Positions 48,501 to 61,228 of a DNA stretch of 64,000 bases are shown one piece after another. Made by a program: the position numbers and the translations under genes. Location of the stretch: contig NIVC01001517.1 in the NCBI GenBank assembly GCA_002269645.1, positions 132,465 to 196,464 of the forward strand. The letters are read 5' to 3'. The notes beneath the pieces were generated by a model that saw nothing but the letters and a program-made list of their open reading frames with translations, ran no database searches and was not told where the DNA came from. The stretch is from Macrostomum lignano. Taxonomy: Eukaryota. The first letter of the stretch is position 1. Each line of letters opens with the position of its first letter.

Positions 48501-50366
48501 GAGATTTCACTGCTTAATGGGAAATTCCTTAGATGTCAAGTCTTACAGAGGGGAATTGCTGAGATGGCAAGACTTACTGGGGGAATTACTGAGATATAAA
48601 GGCTTACTGGGTGAATTACTGAGATTTCATTGCTTAATGGGAAATTCCTTAGATGTCAAGTCTTACAGAGGGGAATTGCTGAGATGGCAAGACTTACTGG
48701 GGGAATTACTGAGATATAAAGGCTTACTGGGTGAATTACTGAGATTTCATTGCTTAATGGGAAATTCCTTAGATGTCAAGTCTTACAGAGGGGAATTGCT
48801 GAGATGGCAAGACTTACTGGGGGAATTACTGAGATATAAAGGCTTACTGGGGGAATTTCTGAGATGTCAAGGCGTGGGGGGAAGTTCTGAGATGTCAAGG
48901 CGTGGGAGGAATCACTGAGATGTCGAGACTTTAGACGGGGAGAAATTGCTAAGATGTCAAGTCTTAGGGGGGGGGGAATTACTGAGATGTCAAGGCTTAA
49001 GGGTAATTTTTGAAATGTTAAGTCTTGGGGAGGGGAATTACTGAGATTTCAAGGCTTGGTAGAAATCAAGGCTAGGATGTCAAGGCTAACTGCGGGAATT
49101 ACGGGCGTACTGAAATATCAAGGCTTGCGCCGGAATCGCTGAGATGTCAGAGCTTAAGAGGAAATTGCTGAAATGTCAAGTCTTGGGGGGATTTCTGAGG
49201 TGTCAAGGTTTGGGGGAATTGCTGAGATATTAAGTCTTGGGGGAAATTCTATGGATTGGGGATTTTTTGGATGAGGGGTGCTTCTAATGGATATCTTTGG
49301 ATAGTTGATTCATTGGGAACTTCCTTCGATGGGGGATTCTTTCGATAGAGGGTTCTTCCGATAAAGGGATCTTTTCGATATGGATTGGATTGGATTTGGA
49401 TTGTTTGGACGGGGATTCTTTGCATGAGGGGATTCTTTAGATGGGGGTTATTTGGATGGGGGTTCTTTAGATGAGGGGATTCTTTGGCCAAGGATTCTAT
49501 TTGGATGGGAGATTCTTTGGATTCTTTGGATGGGGATTTCTTTGGATTCCTTGGATGGGGTTTCTGTTAATGGGGATTATTTGGATGTGGATTCTTTAGA
49601 GGGGGGTTTTCTGGAGGGGGATTCTTTGGATTCTTTGGATTGGGATTGTTTTGACGGGGGTTCTTTAGATGAGGGGATTCTCTTGTCAATGATTTTTTAG
49701 ATAAGGGATAATTTGGATGTGAGAATCTTTGGATTATTTAGATGGGGATTTTATGGATGGGGATTATTTGGATGTCGATTATTTAGATGGGGATTCTTTC
49801 GATATGGATGGATTGGGGGATTCTTTAGATAGGAATGGACGCCGGGTTTTTCTGGATAGGGACGGATAGGAGGATTTTTTGGACAGGGATGGATGGGGGA
49901 TTCTTTGGATATGGATGGATTTGAGATTCTTTGGATATGGAAGGATGGGGGGATTCTTTGGATAGGGATGGATTTGAGATTCTTTGGATGGGATTCTTCG
50001 GATCGGGATTATATCGATGGGGGGTTCTTTGAAAGGGGGATTCTTTGGATATAGGATTCTTTGCATGTGAGATTCTATTGATGGGCGATTCATTGGATGG
50101 GGAATTCTTCATATAGGAGGATTCCTTGAGTGGGGAATCGTGTGGATTGTGTGGGGTGGGGAATAGAGTAGATTCTATCGATAAGGGTTCTTTAGATGGG
50201 GGATTCTTTGGATAGGGAATTCTTTGCATGTGAGATTCTTTGCATCAGAGATTTTATAGATAGGGGATTTCTTGGATGAGGGATTCAGTTGGGTGAAATT
50301 TTATTGCGTGGGAAAACTGTGATTGGAGTTTTGACGGTAAGCCCCAACGGGTGTTGGATTGGCTAG
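45521..50366 (+). mobile_element. Helitron-like non-autonomous unit A, with a short extra 5' end at 45521-45601
   Basis: 5' TC…AATATACTAAA ends at 45521 and 45602. 3' hairpin CCAAC-GGGT-GTTGG then CTAG (50363-50366). Interior is dominated by GGGGAATTGCTGAGATGTCAAG and GGGGATTCTTTGGAT tandem repeats. No Rep/helicase ORF. Confidence 0.68.
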
Positions 50367-52628
50367 TCACAATATACTAAATCTCTAAGGTCTGTCTGTC
50401 TGTCTGTCTGACCGGTATTCCAGTCTACAGTCTGAATGCCTGAACCGATTTTTTTCAAACTTGCTTCATTCAATTGCAAATTCTTGTGAGATTGTGTGGG
50501 TGTAATTGCATTTAAAAAATTCGAATGGGAAGATGGTTAAATATTCGAAAAACGAGTTTTCCCTATGCTTTCAATGGGAGGCTAGAAAAGGTCAAAATCT
50601 CACTAACTGAATTTCAATTCCAATTCAGATTGCGCCACAACTTTTCTCTGTTCACTGTGTACGCCTCAATACTGGCTGCAATAAGGGAGAGGAAAATAAT
50701 GCTCAGTGGCTGCGTGTGTACATTCTGACCCTGGCTGACTGGCGGACTGCATAGACAATTGCTATTAATAGATTTCACTCAACTCTGCATTGGCTCTGCC
50801 TGCACAACCTGTGCACACTGAGCAGCCTATCACTGCTATGTATTTGACTGCAGTGCCGAAGAATATATGGCTGATTTTTGCGCCCTCCGATCAGTAGGCG
50901 GAATAGCCGCAGTGTAGGCACTAGGACTAGGTTTAGGCTAGGCATAAGGTCCAAGGTTCGAGTCCGCCTCCCCAGCGGATAATTAAAATTAAATAAATTC
51001 ATTCATTAGTAGCTTCTGCCTCGACTATTTTGAACATTTTTTGATTAATTGTAATTAAATTTTTTTTATTAATTACAATAATTTATTTTTGCTACTCGCA
51101 CAAGCCACTAAGCAAATTTGATTTGATTTGTAAAATCCTAAGATCCCGTTAATTGTTATTATCTAGGTCTATAGAAGTAGATTTTTAGTATATAGGACTA
51201 AACTGCAGGGGATTAAATTACTAAACTGCAGATGATGCTGCTAAACTGCTGAGGTATTGCTAAATGCTGAGTGGTGCAAGAGATTGCCGATATGTATCGA
51301 AAATAAATTAGTGAGCCATAAAATGCTGAGCTAATTTCTACAGTGTTGAAAGAATCATTGCAGTAGACGATGCTGCTAAACTGCTGAGGTATTGCTAAAT
51401 GCTGAGTTGCGCAAGACTGCCAATATGTATCAAAATTGATTAGTGCGCCGTCGTAAATGCTGAGCAAATTTTTAAATAATTGAAAATATCATTGCAGTTT
51501 GCTGAAAATACTGAGGGGCCAGCTGAGAGAACTGCAGACTGCTGAGGGGATAAATGAGAATTATTAAGGAAACACTTGCTGACTGCAAATGAATTGACTG
51601 CAGACTACTGAGGGGAACTGCAGATTGTTGAAAGGATCATTGCAGACTGCAAAGGGGACAAACTGCAAACTGCCGAGGGGATAGCTGCAGACTGCTAGGA
51701 TAATAATGGCAGACTTCTGAGGAGGATATCTAACTGTGAATAATTGTAGCTTGCAGAAGGGACAATTCTGGGTCCCTGAGGGATAAATGAATAATAATAA
51801 TAAAAGTTGTAGAGTGCAAATGAGCTGTATGACTGCAGTCTGTTTTGCGGAATTAGAAGGGATAATTTCAGGTTGTTGTGGGGATAACTGCCAATTTCTG
51901 GGGAGGGTTTAACTTTAAACTTCTGAGGCGATAATAGTAGTCACCTTTTAGCAGTTTGGGAGTGGTGCTAATCTGGGGAGCGGTGCTATCTAAGGGAGTG
52001 GGGCTAATATAAAGGAGTGGGGGCTAATCTGGGGGATTGGGGCTAATCTGGAGGAAGTAGCGGTGCAAATTTTTGCGGAGTAGTGCAAATCTGGAGAAGT
52101 AGTGCTAATCTGGGAAGGTGAAACTATCTGGGAAGCGGCGGTAATCTGTGGAGCGGTGCTAATCTAGGCTGAGTGCTAATCTGGGCTGAGTGCTAATCTG
52201 GGCTGAGTGCTAATCTGGGCTGAGTGCTAATCTAGGCTGAGTGCTAATCTGGGCTGAGTGCTAATCTGGGCTGAGTGCTAATCTGGGCGCAGTGCTAATC
52301 TGGGTGTAGTGCTAATCTGGGGGAAGTGGGGCTAATCTGGGGGTGTAGGGCTAATATGGGAGAATAGCGCTAATCTGGTGAGGATTTGAATATAACGAAT
52401 AATCATAAAAGAACTATAAATGAATTGACATTGCAAAGTTTCAAACATTAAGAAATGTAACTTTTTAGAACTTTTTAGTCTCAGTAAAATTGGTGTACAA
52501 CTGCTTAGAGATTTGCTACTGCAGAACTGCTCGGAGATTAGTGAGATTTGCTCAGCGACTGTGCAAAACTGCTTATAGACAAGCGCTCAACTGCTAAGAA
52601 GCCACGCGGAGGGGGGCTAAATGGCTAG
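50367..52628 (+). mobile_element. Helitron-like unit B1
   Basis: Starts TCACAATATACTAAATCTCTAAGG directly after CTAG and ends …AAATGGCTAG. Internal (GTGCTAATCTGGGCTGA)n. Confidence 0.72.
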
Positions 52629-55017
52629 TCACAATATACTAAATCTCTAAGATCTGTCTTCATCACAATATACTAAATCTCTAAGGTTTGACCGGTATTC
52701 CAGTCTACAGCCTGAATGCCTGAACCGATTTTTTTCAAACTTGCTTTATTCGACTCAAAATTCTTGTGAGATTGTGTGGGTGTAATTGCATTGAAAAATT
52801 CGAATGAGAAGTTGGTTAAATATTCGAAAAACGAGTTTTTTTAATGCTTTTAATGGGAGGCTAGAAAGGGTCAAAATCTCACTGACTGAATTTCAATTCC
52901 AATTAAGATTGCGCCACAACTTTTCTCTGTTCACTGTGTACGCCTCAATACTGGCTGCAATAAGGGAGAGGAAAATATGCTCAGTGGCTGCGTGTGTACA
53001 TTCTGACCCTGGCTGACTGCATAGACAATTGCTATTAATAGATTTCACTCAACTGTGCATTGGCTCTGCCTGCACAACCTGTGCACACTGAGCAGCCTAT
53101 CACTGCTACGTATTTGACTGCTGTGCCGAAGCATATATGGCTGATTTTTGCGCCCTCCGATCAGTAGGCGGAATAGCCGCAGTTTAGATACTAGGACTAG
53201 GTTTAGGCTAGGCATAAGGTCCAAGGTTCGAGTCCGCCTCCCCAGCGGCTAATTAAAATTAAATAAATTCATTCATTAGTAGCTTCTGCCTCGACTATTT
53301 TGAACATTTTTGATTAATTTTAAAATTTTTTTATTAATTACAATAATTTATTTTTGCTACTCGCACAAGCCACTAAGCAAATTTGATTTGATTTGTAAAA
53401 TCCTAAGATCCCATTAATTGTTATTATCTAGGTCTATAGAAGTAGATTTTTAGTATATAGGACTAAACTGCAGGGGATTAAATTACTAAACTGCAGACGA
53501 TGCTGCTAAACTGCTGAGGTATTGCTAAATGCTGAGTGGTGCAAAAGATTGCCGATATGTATCGAAAATCGATTAGTGAGCCATAAAATGCTGAGCTTAT
53601 TTCAACATTGTTGAAAGCATCATTGCAGTAGACGATGCTGCTAAACTGCTGAGGTATTGCTAAATGCTGAGTTGCGCAAGACTGCCAATATGTATCAAAA
53701 TTGATTAGTGCGCCGTCGTAAATGCTGAGCAAATTTTTAAATCATTGAAAAGATCATTGCAGTTTGCTGAGAATACTATGGGGCCAGCTGAGAGAACTGC
53801 AGACTGCTGAAGGGATAAATGAGAATTATTAAGGAAACACTTGCTGACTGCAAATGAATTGACTGCAGACTACTGAGGGGAACTGCAGATTGTTGAAGGG
53901 ATCATTGCAGACTGCAAAGGGGACAAACTGCAAACTGCTGACGTTAGTTAGTTTCTCGAGACTTATGAGCGTATAAGCTGCAAACTGCCGAGGGATAGCT
54001 GCAGACTGCTAGGATAATAATGGCAGACTTCTGAGGAGGATATCTAACTGTGAATAATTGTAGCTTGCAGAAGGGACAATTCTGGGTCCTTGAGGGATAA
54101 ATGAATAATAATAATAAAAGTTGTAGAGTGCAAATGAGTTGCGTGACTGCATGTCTGTTTTGCGGACTTAGAAGGGATAATTTCAGGTTGTTGTGGGGAT
54201 AACTGCCAATTTCTGGGGAGGGTTTAACTTTAAACTTCTGAGGCGATAATAGTAGTCGCCTTTTAGCAGTTTGGGAGTGGTGCTAATCTGGGGAGCGGTG
54301 CTAATCTAAGGGAGTGGGGCTAATATAAAGGAGTGGGGGGGCTAATCTGGAGGAAGTAGCGGTGCGAATTTTTGTGGAGTGGTGCTAATCTGGGAAGGTG
54401 AAACTATCTGGGAAGCGGCGGTAATCTGTGGAGCGGTGCTAATCTGGACTGAGTGCTAATCTGGGCTGAGTGCTAATCTGGGCTGAGTGCTAATCTGGAC
54501 TGAGTACTAATCTAGGCTGAGTGCTAATCTGGGCTGAGTGCTAATCTGGGCTGAGTGCTAATCTGGGCTGAGTGCTAATCTGGGCTGAGTGCTAATCTAG
54601 GCTGAGTGCTAATCTGGGCTGAGTGCTAATCTGGGCGCAGTGCTAATCTGGGCGTAGTGCTAATCTGGGGGAAGTGGGGCTAATCTGGGGGTGTGCGGCT
54701 AATATGGGGGGAGTAGTGCTAATCTGGGGGAAGTGGGGCTAATGTGGGAGAATATTGCTAATCTGGTGAGAATTTGAAAACAACGAATAATCATTAAAAG
54801 AACTATAAATGAATTGACATTGCAAAGTTTCAAACATTAAGAAATGTAACTTTTTAGAACTTTTTAGTCTCAGTAAAATTGGTGTACAACTGCTTAGAGA
54901 TTTGCTACTGCAGAACTGCTCGGAGATTAGTGAGATTTGCTCAGCGACTGTGCAAAACTGCTTATAGACAAGCGCTCAACTGCTAAGAAGCCACGCGGAG
55001 GGGGGCTAAATGGCTAG
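52629..55017 (+). mobile_element. Helitron-like unit B2, tandem copy of B1
   Basis: Colinear high-identity copy of 50367-52628 with a duplicated 5' tip and an about 50-bp insertion near 53940. Ends …AAATGGCTAG. Confidence 0.72.
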
Positions 55018-57680
55018 TCCAATATACTAAAAATCAAAACCTATAGGAATCTTCGTTTAACTTGGCTCTACATGGTCGGAATTTCGTGGGGTTTTCTGCA
55101 TTCGATGCGTATTGATGGCGCGCTGGTACACGAAATTTTGCTAAGAAATTGCTTCATTTTTTCGGGATTAAATATTCGAAAAACTCGATTTTGCTCCGTT
55201 TTTTAAAGTTCAAACAGTTCTTTCCAATTGAGAAGCATTCTGACTGCCGATGGAATTCTATTGCATCATAACTCAGTTCTCTACACTCGCGTGGAGAGCT
55301 ACAAGGGTTGAAAGGTTGCGCAACACCTTTTAGTTATTGAAAGTGAGGGGCGGGTGTCGCTATTCAATTTGTCCTGGGCATTTCCTTGGTTGTTAATTTC
55401 AATGCATCAACTTGCAGGCCTCTCACTGTAGCTGGCGTTGAATGTACACCTTATGAATTTGAATGCTTTAAAGCAGGAATGTTTAATCGTTGTTTGTGCT
55501 TCGAGTTGTTCACTTTCAGAAGAGAGCCTTGTATTGCTGGAAAGAGCTAGAAACGCTGAGTTCGAGAGTATAATTTGTTTGCTGAAATTCGAAAAATTTA
55601 AAGCACAGCATTGAAAAGAAGATTTCTATGCTTTTCACTTTATATAGTCATTGTACACTCTCCCATATCGCAAACCCCTACTCCACGATTCAAGCCAGCG
55701 CCATTTGATTTAGATTTAGATTGCGTAACCATTTTGTTGACTTTAATTGTTGACTTTAATAATTGAAACTGATATTGACTGCTGCCTGAGAAATTGATTG
55801 CTTCGAGTGATTTCTATCCTATGCTTGGAGTTTTCAGTGTTGAATTATATTATAAGTGCCAAAATTCATGTCATCAAAGCGATGAGAGCTAGCCTAGAGG
55901 TGAACAGACTGAACTGCTAATGCAGGGACGTGGGTTTGAATTTTTAGAGTGTAAAAGTTTTTTATTAAAAATTTTAATTTCAAGACAGTTAAAGGAAACT
56001 TAAAAAACGTCAGGTAAATTAGGTAAAAGAGAAGAAGCTACGAGCGTTCATGTAGTATATTCAATTTTTTTTATTAAACTTTTAATTTTGAAAAGGATTA
56101 TTGCACTAGATAAGGCATTAATTATTGTACTAGCTGAGGAAATTGTTTTACTATCTCGCTTGGGGTACTTTCTATCAGGGGATGCTTGCTATCGGAAGGA
56201 CGCTTGCTCTTAGGGGAGGGATGCTTGATCGGGGAGATTGCTAAGATGTCAAAACATACTGAGGAACTATTCAGATATGCAGGCTTACTGGGGGAATTAC
56301 TGAGATGTCAAGGCTTAAGAGGAAATTGCTGAGATTTCAAGGCGTGGGGGGAATTTCTGAGATGCCAAGGCTTTGGACGGGGAGAAATTGCTAAGATGCG
56401 AAGACTTACTGAGGGAATCACTGAGATGTAAAGGCTTATAGGGGGAATTGCTGAGATGTTAAGGCTTGGGGGGGAATTTCTGAGATATAAAGGCTTAAGG
56501 GGGGAACTGCTGGCGTGGGGGAATTTCTAAAATATCAAGTCTTAGGGGAGGGGAATTGCTGAGATTTCAAAGCTTAAGAGGGAACTGCTGAGATAGCAAG
56601 GCTTTGCACGGGGAGAAATTGGTAAGATGTCAAAACTTACTGGGAGAATCACTGAGATACAAAGGCTTACTTGGAGGACTGCTGAGATGTCAAGTCTTAG
56701 GGGTAAACTGCTGAGATGTCAAGTCTTAGGGGTAAACTGCTGAGATGTCAAGTCTTAGGGGTAAACTGCTGAGATGTCAAGTCTTAGGGGTAAACTGCTG
56801 AGATGTCAAGTCTTAGGGGTAAACTGCTGAGATGTCTAATCTTGTCGCCGTCGGGGAATTGCTGAGATTCCAAGGCTTAAGAGGGACTTGCTCAAATGTC
56901 AAAGCTTGGGGGGAATCAAGGCTCAAGAGGGAGTTCCTGAGATGTCAACTTTTGGGAAGGAGAATTACTCAGATGTCAAGGCTTGGGGGATTGCTGAGAT
57001 GTGAAGGCTTAAGAAGGAATTGCTGAGGTGTCAAGTCTTGCGAGGGAAATCGCTGAGATGCCAAGGCTTTGGACGGGGAGAAATTGCTAAGATGTCAAGA
57101 CTTACTGGAAGAATTACTGAGATATGAAAGCTTACTGGGGGAATTACTGATATGTCAAGGCTTGGGGAGGGGAATTACTGAGAAGTCAAGGCTTTGGACG
57201 GGGAGAAATTGGTAAGATGTCAAGGCTTGCGCCGGAATTGCTGAGATGTCAATGCTTGGGGGAAAGTTCTGAGGTGTCGAGGCTTGGGGGAATGGCTGAG
57301 ATGTTAAGTCTTGGGGGCAATTCTATGGATTGATGATTCTTTGGATGAAGGATGCTTTTAATGTATATCTTTGATTCATTGAGGAATTCCTTCGATGGGG
57401 CATTGTTTCGATGGAGGATTTTTTGAATCGGGGATTCTTTAGATAAAGGATTCTTTTGATGGGGGATATTTGGACGGGGCCAAGAATTCTATTGGTTCAA
57501 ATGGAGCAATTCGAGATCGAAAACTGCGCAGGAGGAAACGAAGTGCCGCTCCAGTTTGAAATGAGCGTCTATTTATACCAATTAGCATTTTTGACCTCCC
57601 CCGCCGCCGGTGGGGTGTCTTCGCGTTGTTAGCAACGGCGGGGGTTTTGAGCAATAACAATCTGGGACACAGTCCCCTAG
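55018..57680 (+). mobile_element. Helitron-like unit A', copy of unit A with a different 3' end
   Basis: Starts TCCAATATACTAAAAATCAAAAC after CTAG and is colinear with 45602 onward. Probable end GGGAC-ACA-GTCCC hairpin + CTAG|T at 57664-57681. Confidence 0.65.
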
Positions 57681-58619
57681 TTGTACATGAATTTAGTTAG
57701 TTCTTAGTTAGGTTCTTAGTTAGTTCGCAAATCTATGTGTTGAGTTGGATAAAATTTGGGATAGAAAGATTAAAGAAAAAGTGCTTAGTTTCCCGTCTCT
57801 AAACTCTGTCCATTGATGATTGAACAGTCCTCTGTTTCTCTCGGTTGTCAGGCAGCTAGGGGTTGATCTCGCCCTCTTGGGCCACTTCAGTTGGATAGGA
57901 GTCTGTAGGTGGGCCTCACGTTTTCTCCCTCAGGGTGCGCCAGAAGATGCCGCGTGCCGCGTTGTTCTTTAAGCTGGGCCACTTCTCTCAGCCGGTTTAA
58001 TCGGCATGGTTCCTGCGGCGGGGTGTCGTGGCTGACTGGAATGGAAAGGGGCTTTATTAGATTCGGCTATTCAAATTGATTGACAGCTGGTTAATTATCT
58101 TAAAGATGCTTCTGTTTGCCCTTCTAATAGCTATCTAGGGGTTCCATTTTGCTCTTCTGCCTCGCCCTTCACTGCGCCTGGGCTTTTCATAAATTGCTAC
58201 CTATCTTAATAACTTAGGGTCAAAACTTCAGATTTCTAACTCCTATAGCCAGCCTTCCTATTTGTCAGTAGCTATACTTACTTATTTGCCTTCTCATTAA
58301 TCAAACGTATTGAAAAATACTTTTGACAATATTACCCTTGATTTCCAGCCAGTTTGCGATTCGTGAGCCTATTACATGTACCTTAGCTTATTCTTACTGA
58401 TCAAATACAATAAATGCTTTAGTTTTATGCATACTACGGCAGTGTTACAAAGCATACATGGAATACTGTAAAAATTAACGTATATTCGCTCGAACAATCA
58501 TGCATGATTCGAGGTTAAAAAAGTGTTCCTTTTTTATCCATCGCATATCAAGACCAAGGACTACTAGACTATACTAATAACGAAGTGTTCCTAGTGGTCC
58601 TTGATCAAGTCAGATTGGT

Positions 58620-58841
58620 TCAATAATTGTCTTTTGTTAAATCCCCGAACTCAGACGGGAGTGCTTCAGACCGGACTCCCTGTCCAGGAAGAGTAGCCGC
58701 AAGCTGTCCGCAGTCGATTTCTTTAACTTCTTTTTGAATATTTACCCTCCTGGATTGAGCATTGAGCATATTGAGCATTGAGCAGAATTTGGGTTTCGGT
58801 AGCACGGAGGCGGCGGTTGAAAACCACGTTTTGGATTGCTG
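58620..58841 (-). CDS. candidate exon, unidentified minus-strand gene
   Basis: Strong acceptor tctctacttattgcag| followed by about 73 open codons (QSKTWFSTAASVLPKPKFC…GDLTKDNY*). Confidence 0.28.
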   Translation of the reverse strand, partial: QQSKTWFSTAASVLPKPKFCSMLNMLNAQSRRVNIQKEVKEIDCGQLAATLPGQGVRSEALPSEFGDLTKDNY

Positions 58842-59611
58842 CAATAAGTAGAGATGCAGGCCATTATTGCTCGATCAGTTGAAAGATTTTGCTAAACAAA
58901 AGTCTAGTGACTGCTTACCTTTTCATACAGTAGATAGAGATCGACTAACTCCTTCCTCAATTGCGAATTGTCCATAGTTTAGCAGGAATTCAGTTAATCC
59001 TGTTTATGAGAGCAGAAAATTTTGGAGTTTTGGTCTGCTTCTGGCCATGGACTCCATAGTAGGCCTTAGGGGGACATGACAACGCATTTTGGGGCTTCTT
59101 GACAATTGGAGGCCACGATCTCTCGAAATAGGAAAAATAGGAGGGGGCGCTTCATTATAAGACCTAAATTTTACAACGCCTAAAGCACATGACTTCACAT
59201 TGCCTAAATTTCATATCGCCAAATTTTACAACACCTAAAACTGAATATGAAGGAGAGAAACAGTGATTTTAGGCATTGTGAAACAGTGGCACAGCCAGAA
59301 ATATTTTTCGGTTTTTCTCCGGAATTTTGAGGGGGGGGGGGGTAAATTTCGGGGGGATTTGCAAGCATCGTCAACAAATGCTCTGCAGTCGGCAGAAAAG
59401 TGGATACACAAGTTCTGCAACTTCTGAAACTGTTAAATTCCGTTCTTTTCACTAAACGACCCAATTTGCTAGAAAAGTTGAAGAAATCGATTTCTAATCA
59501 AAACTTGGAGCCAACGAAGTACATTGAAACGTCTCAGGACTGGCCTTGGGCATCCGGCGCAAGAGGGACAGCAGCACGCTTAAAAAGCGACATCAGAGCC
59601 CGATGCTGTGC

Positions 59612-59841
59612 CTATACAATTCTTCCAGTGATGCACCAAACCAAAGTGTCTGTCAACGCCTCGACCACCGGCGCAAAGCACGTGTTCGACTCGACTTGAA
59701 CAAGATGCGTCTTCAGAGTGAGATGGACGATTTTTGTTGAAGACTCAATCCGTGGAGATTTAGGAGTTGCTCGATCCAGAGGATTTCTGGATTTCACACC
59801 AGCATCAGCGACGGTCAGTTGTGTATCTACGGGCACCAAAC
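59612..59841 (-). CDS. candidate exon directly downstream of the 23-bp array
   Basis: Acceptor cccctctcactgtag|GT then open frame LVPVDTQLTVADAGVKSRNPLDRATPKSPRIE…; exon end uncertain. Confidence 0.3.
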
Positions 59842-60730
59842 CTACAGTGAGAGGGGCACCAAACCTACAGTGAGAGGGGCACCAAACCTACAGTGAGAGG
59901 GGCACCAAACCTACAGTGAGAGGGGCACCAAACCTACAGTGAGAGGGGCACCAAACCTACAGTGAGAGGGCGCCAAACCTACAGTGAGAGAGGCGCCAAA
60001 CCTACAGTGAGAGGGGCGCCAAACCTACAGTGAGAGGGCGCCAAACCTACAGTGAGAGGGGCGCCAAACCTACAGTGAGAGGGGCGCCAAACCTACAGTG
60101 AGAGGGGCGCCAAACCTACAGTGAGAGGGGCGCCAAACCTACAGTGAGAGGGGCGCCAAACCTACAGTGAGAGGGGCGCCAAACCTACAGTTAGAGGGGC
60201 GCCAAACCTACAGTTAGAGGGGCGCCAAACCTACAGTGAGAGGGGCGCCAAACCTACAGTGAGAGGGGCGCCAAACCTACAGTGAGAGGGGCGCCAAACC
60301 TACAGTGAGAGGGGCGCCAAACCTACAGTGAGAGGGGCGCCAAACCTACAGTGAGAGGGGCGCCAAACCTACAGTGAGAAGGGCGCCAAACCTACAGTGA
60401 GAGGGGCGCCAAACCTACAGTGAGAGGGGCGCCAAACCTACAGTTAGAGGGGCGCCAAACCTACAGTGAGAGGGGCGCCAAACCTACAGTGAGAGGGGCG
60501 CCAAACCTACAGTGAGAGGGGCGCCAAACCTACAGTGAGAGGGGCGCCAAACCTACAGTGAGAGGGGCGCCAAACCTACAGTTAGAGGGGCGCCAAACCT
60601 ACAGTGAGAGGGGCGCCAAACCTACAGTGAGAGGGGCGCCAAACCTACAGTGAGAGGGGCACCAAACCTACAGTGAGAGGGGCGCCAAACCTACAGTTAG
60701 AGGGGCGCCAAACCTGCAGTGAGAGGGGCG
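59832..60730. repeat. 23-bp minisatellite (AGAGGGGCGCCAAACCTACAGTG)n, about 39 units
   Basis: Homogeneous tandem units; GGCACC variants cluster at the 5' end. Confidence 0.97.
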
Positions 60731-61228
60731 CGATGGTGTCCCAAAAGTAGTGTCATTTTTGCTTGCCTCCACGATATTAATGTGTGTTTAAAAAATCATA
60801 TGCCTTAAAAGTTAGCGGCTTTTTTAGCTTTCATACAACGAAAGTCCAATCTTTATAAGTGCTTCCTGCTGTAAGCAGCATGCATTTGTTCACATACCCT
60901 TGGCCATAGAAATAAATACATACCGTATTGTGCTCTACGCTCATTCAGAAGAAAGCCACAAGTAGAGCTGATGAGAGCTGAGAGTTGCAGGACAGCAGCT
61001 GCAAGATTTGTTCCAGTCATGGACCCTAACATTCACTCTACAGAAGGGCGGAGACACGCAATTTTTACACTTTGCAGTCTTGGTCAGAAATGCCCTAAAA
61101 TTCACGAAAACCTGACCCTCACTCACGGTCCCGATGCCATCAGTCGACGAACGGTTTACAGGTGGGTCGAACAGTTTGAGTCTGGCCGGCAGTGTGTTGT
61201 CAACTTACCAAAGGTGGTTGGCCTTTAA
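60731..61228 (+). mobile_element. Tc1/mariner 5' remnant with N-terminal HTH coding fragment
   Basis: TIR-like start CGATGGTGTCCCAAAAGT. ORF 61019-61228 (RHAIFTLCSLGQKCPKIHENLTLTHGPDAISRRTVYRWVEQFESGR) matches the mariner/Mos1-type HTH pattern IH..L…G..A.S..TVYRW…F..GR. Truncated before the DDD domain. Confidence 0.65.

Noticed and set aside
50525-53732. Duplicated small ORFs (50525/52804, 51213/53478) as conserved genes
   Set aside because: They recur only because they lie in the B1/B2 tandem duplication, and differences include frame-disrupting indels.
58561-58600. Additional Helitron junction (CTAG-ACTATACTAATA…CTAGT)
   Set aside because: Lacks the TC start, a hairpin and any homology to units A or B.
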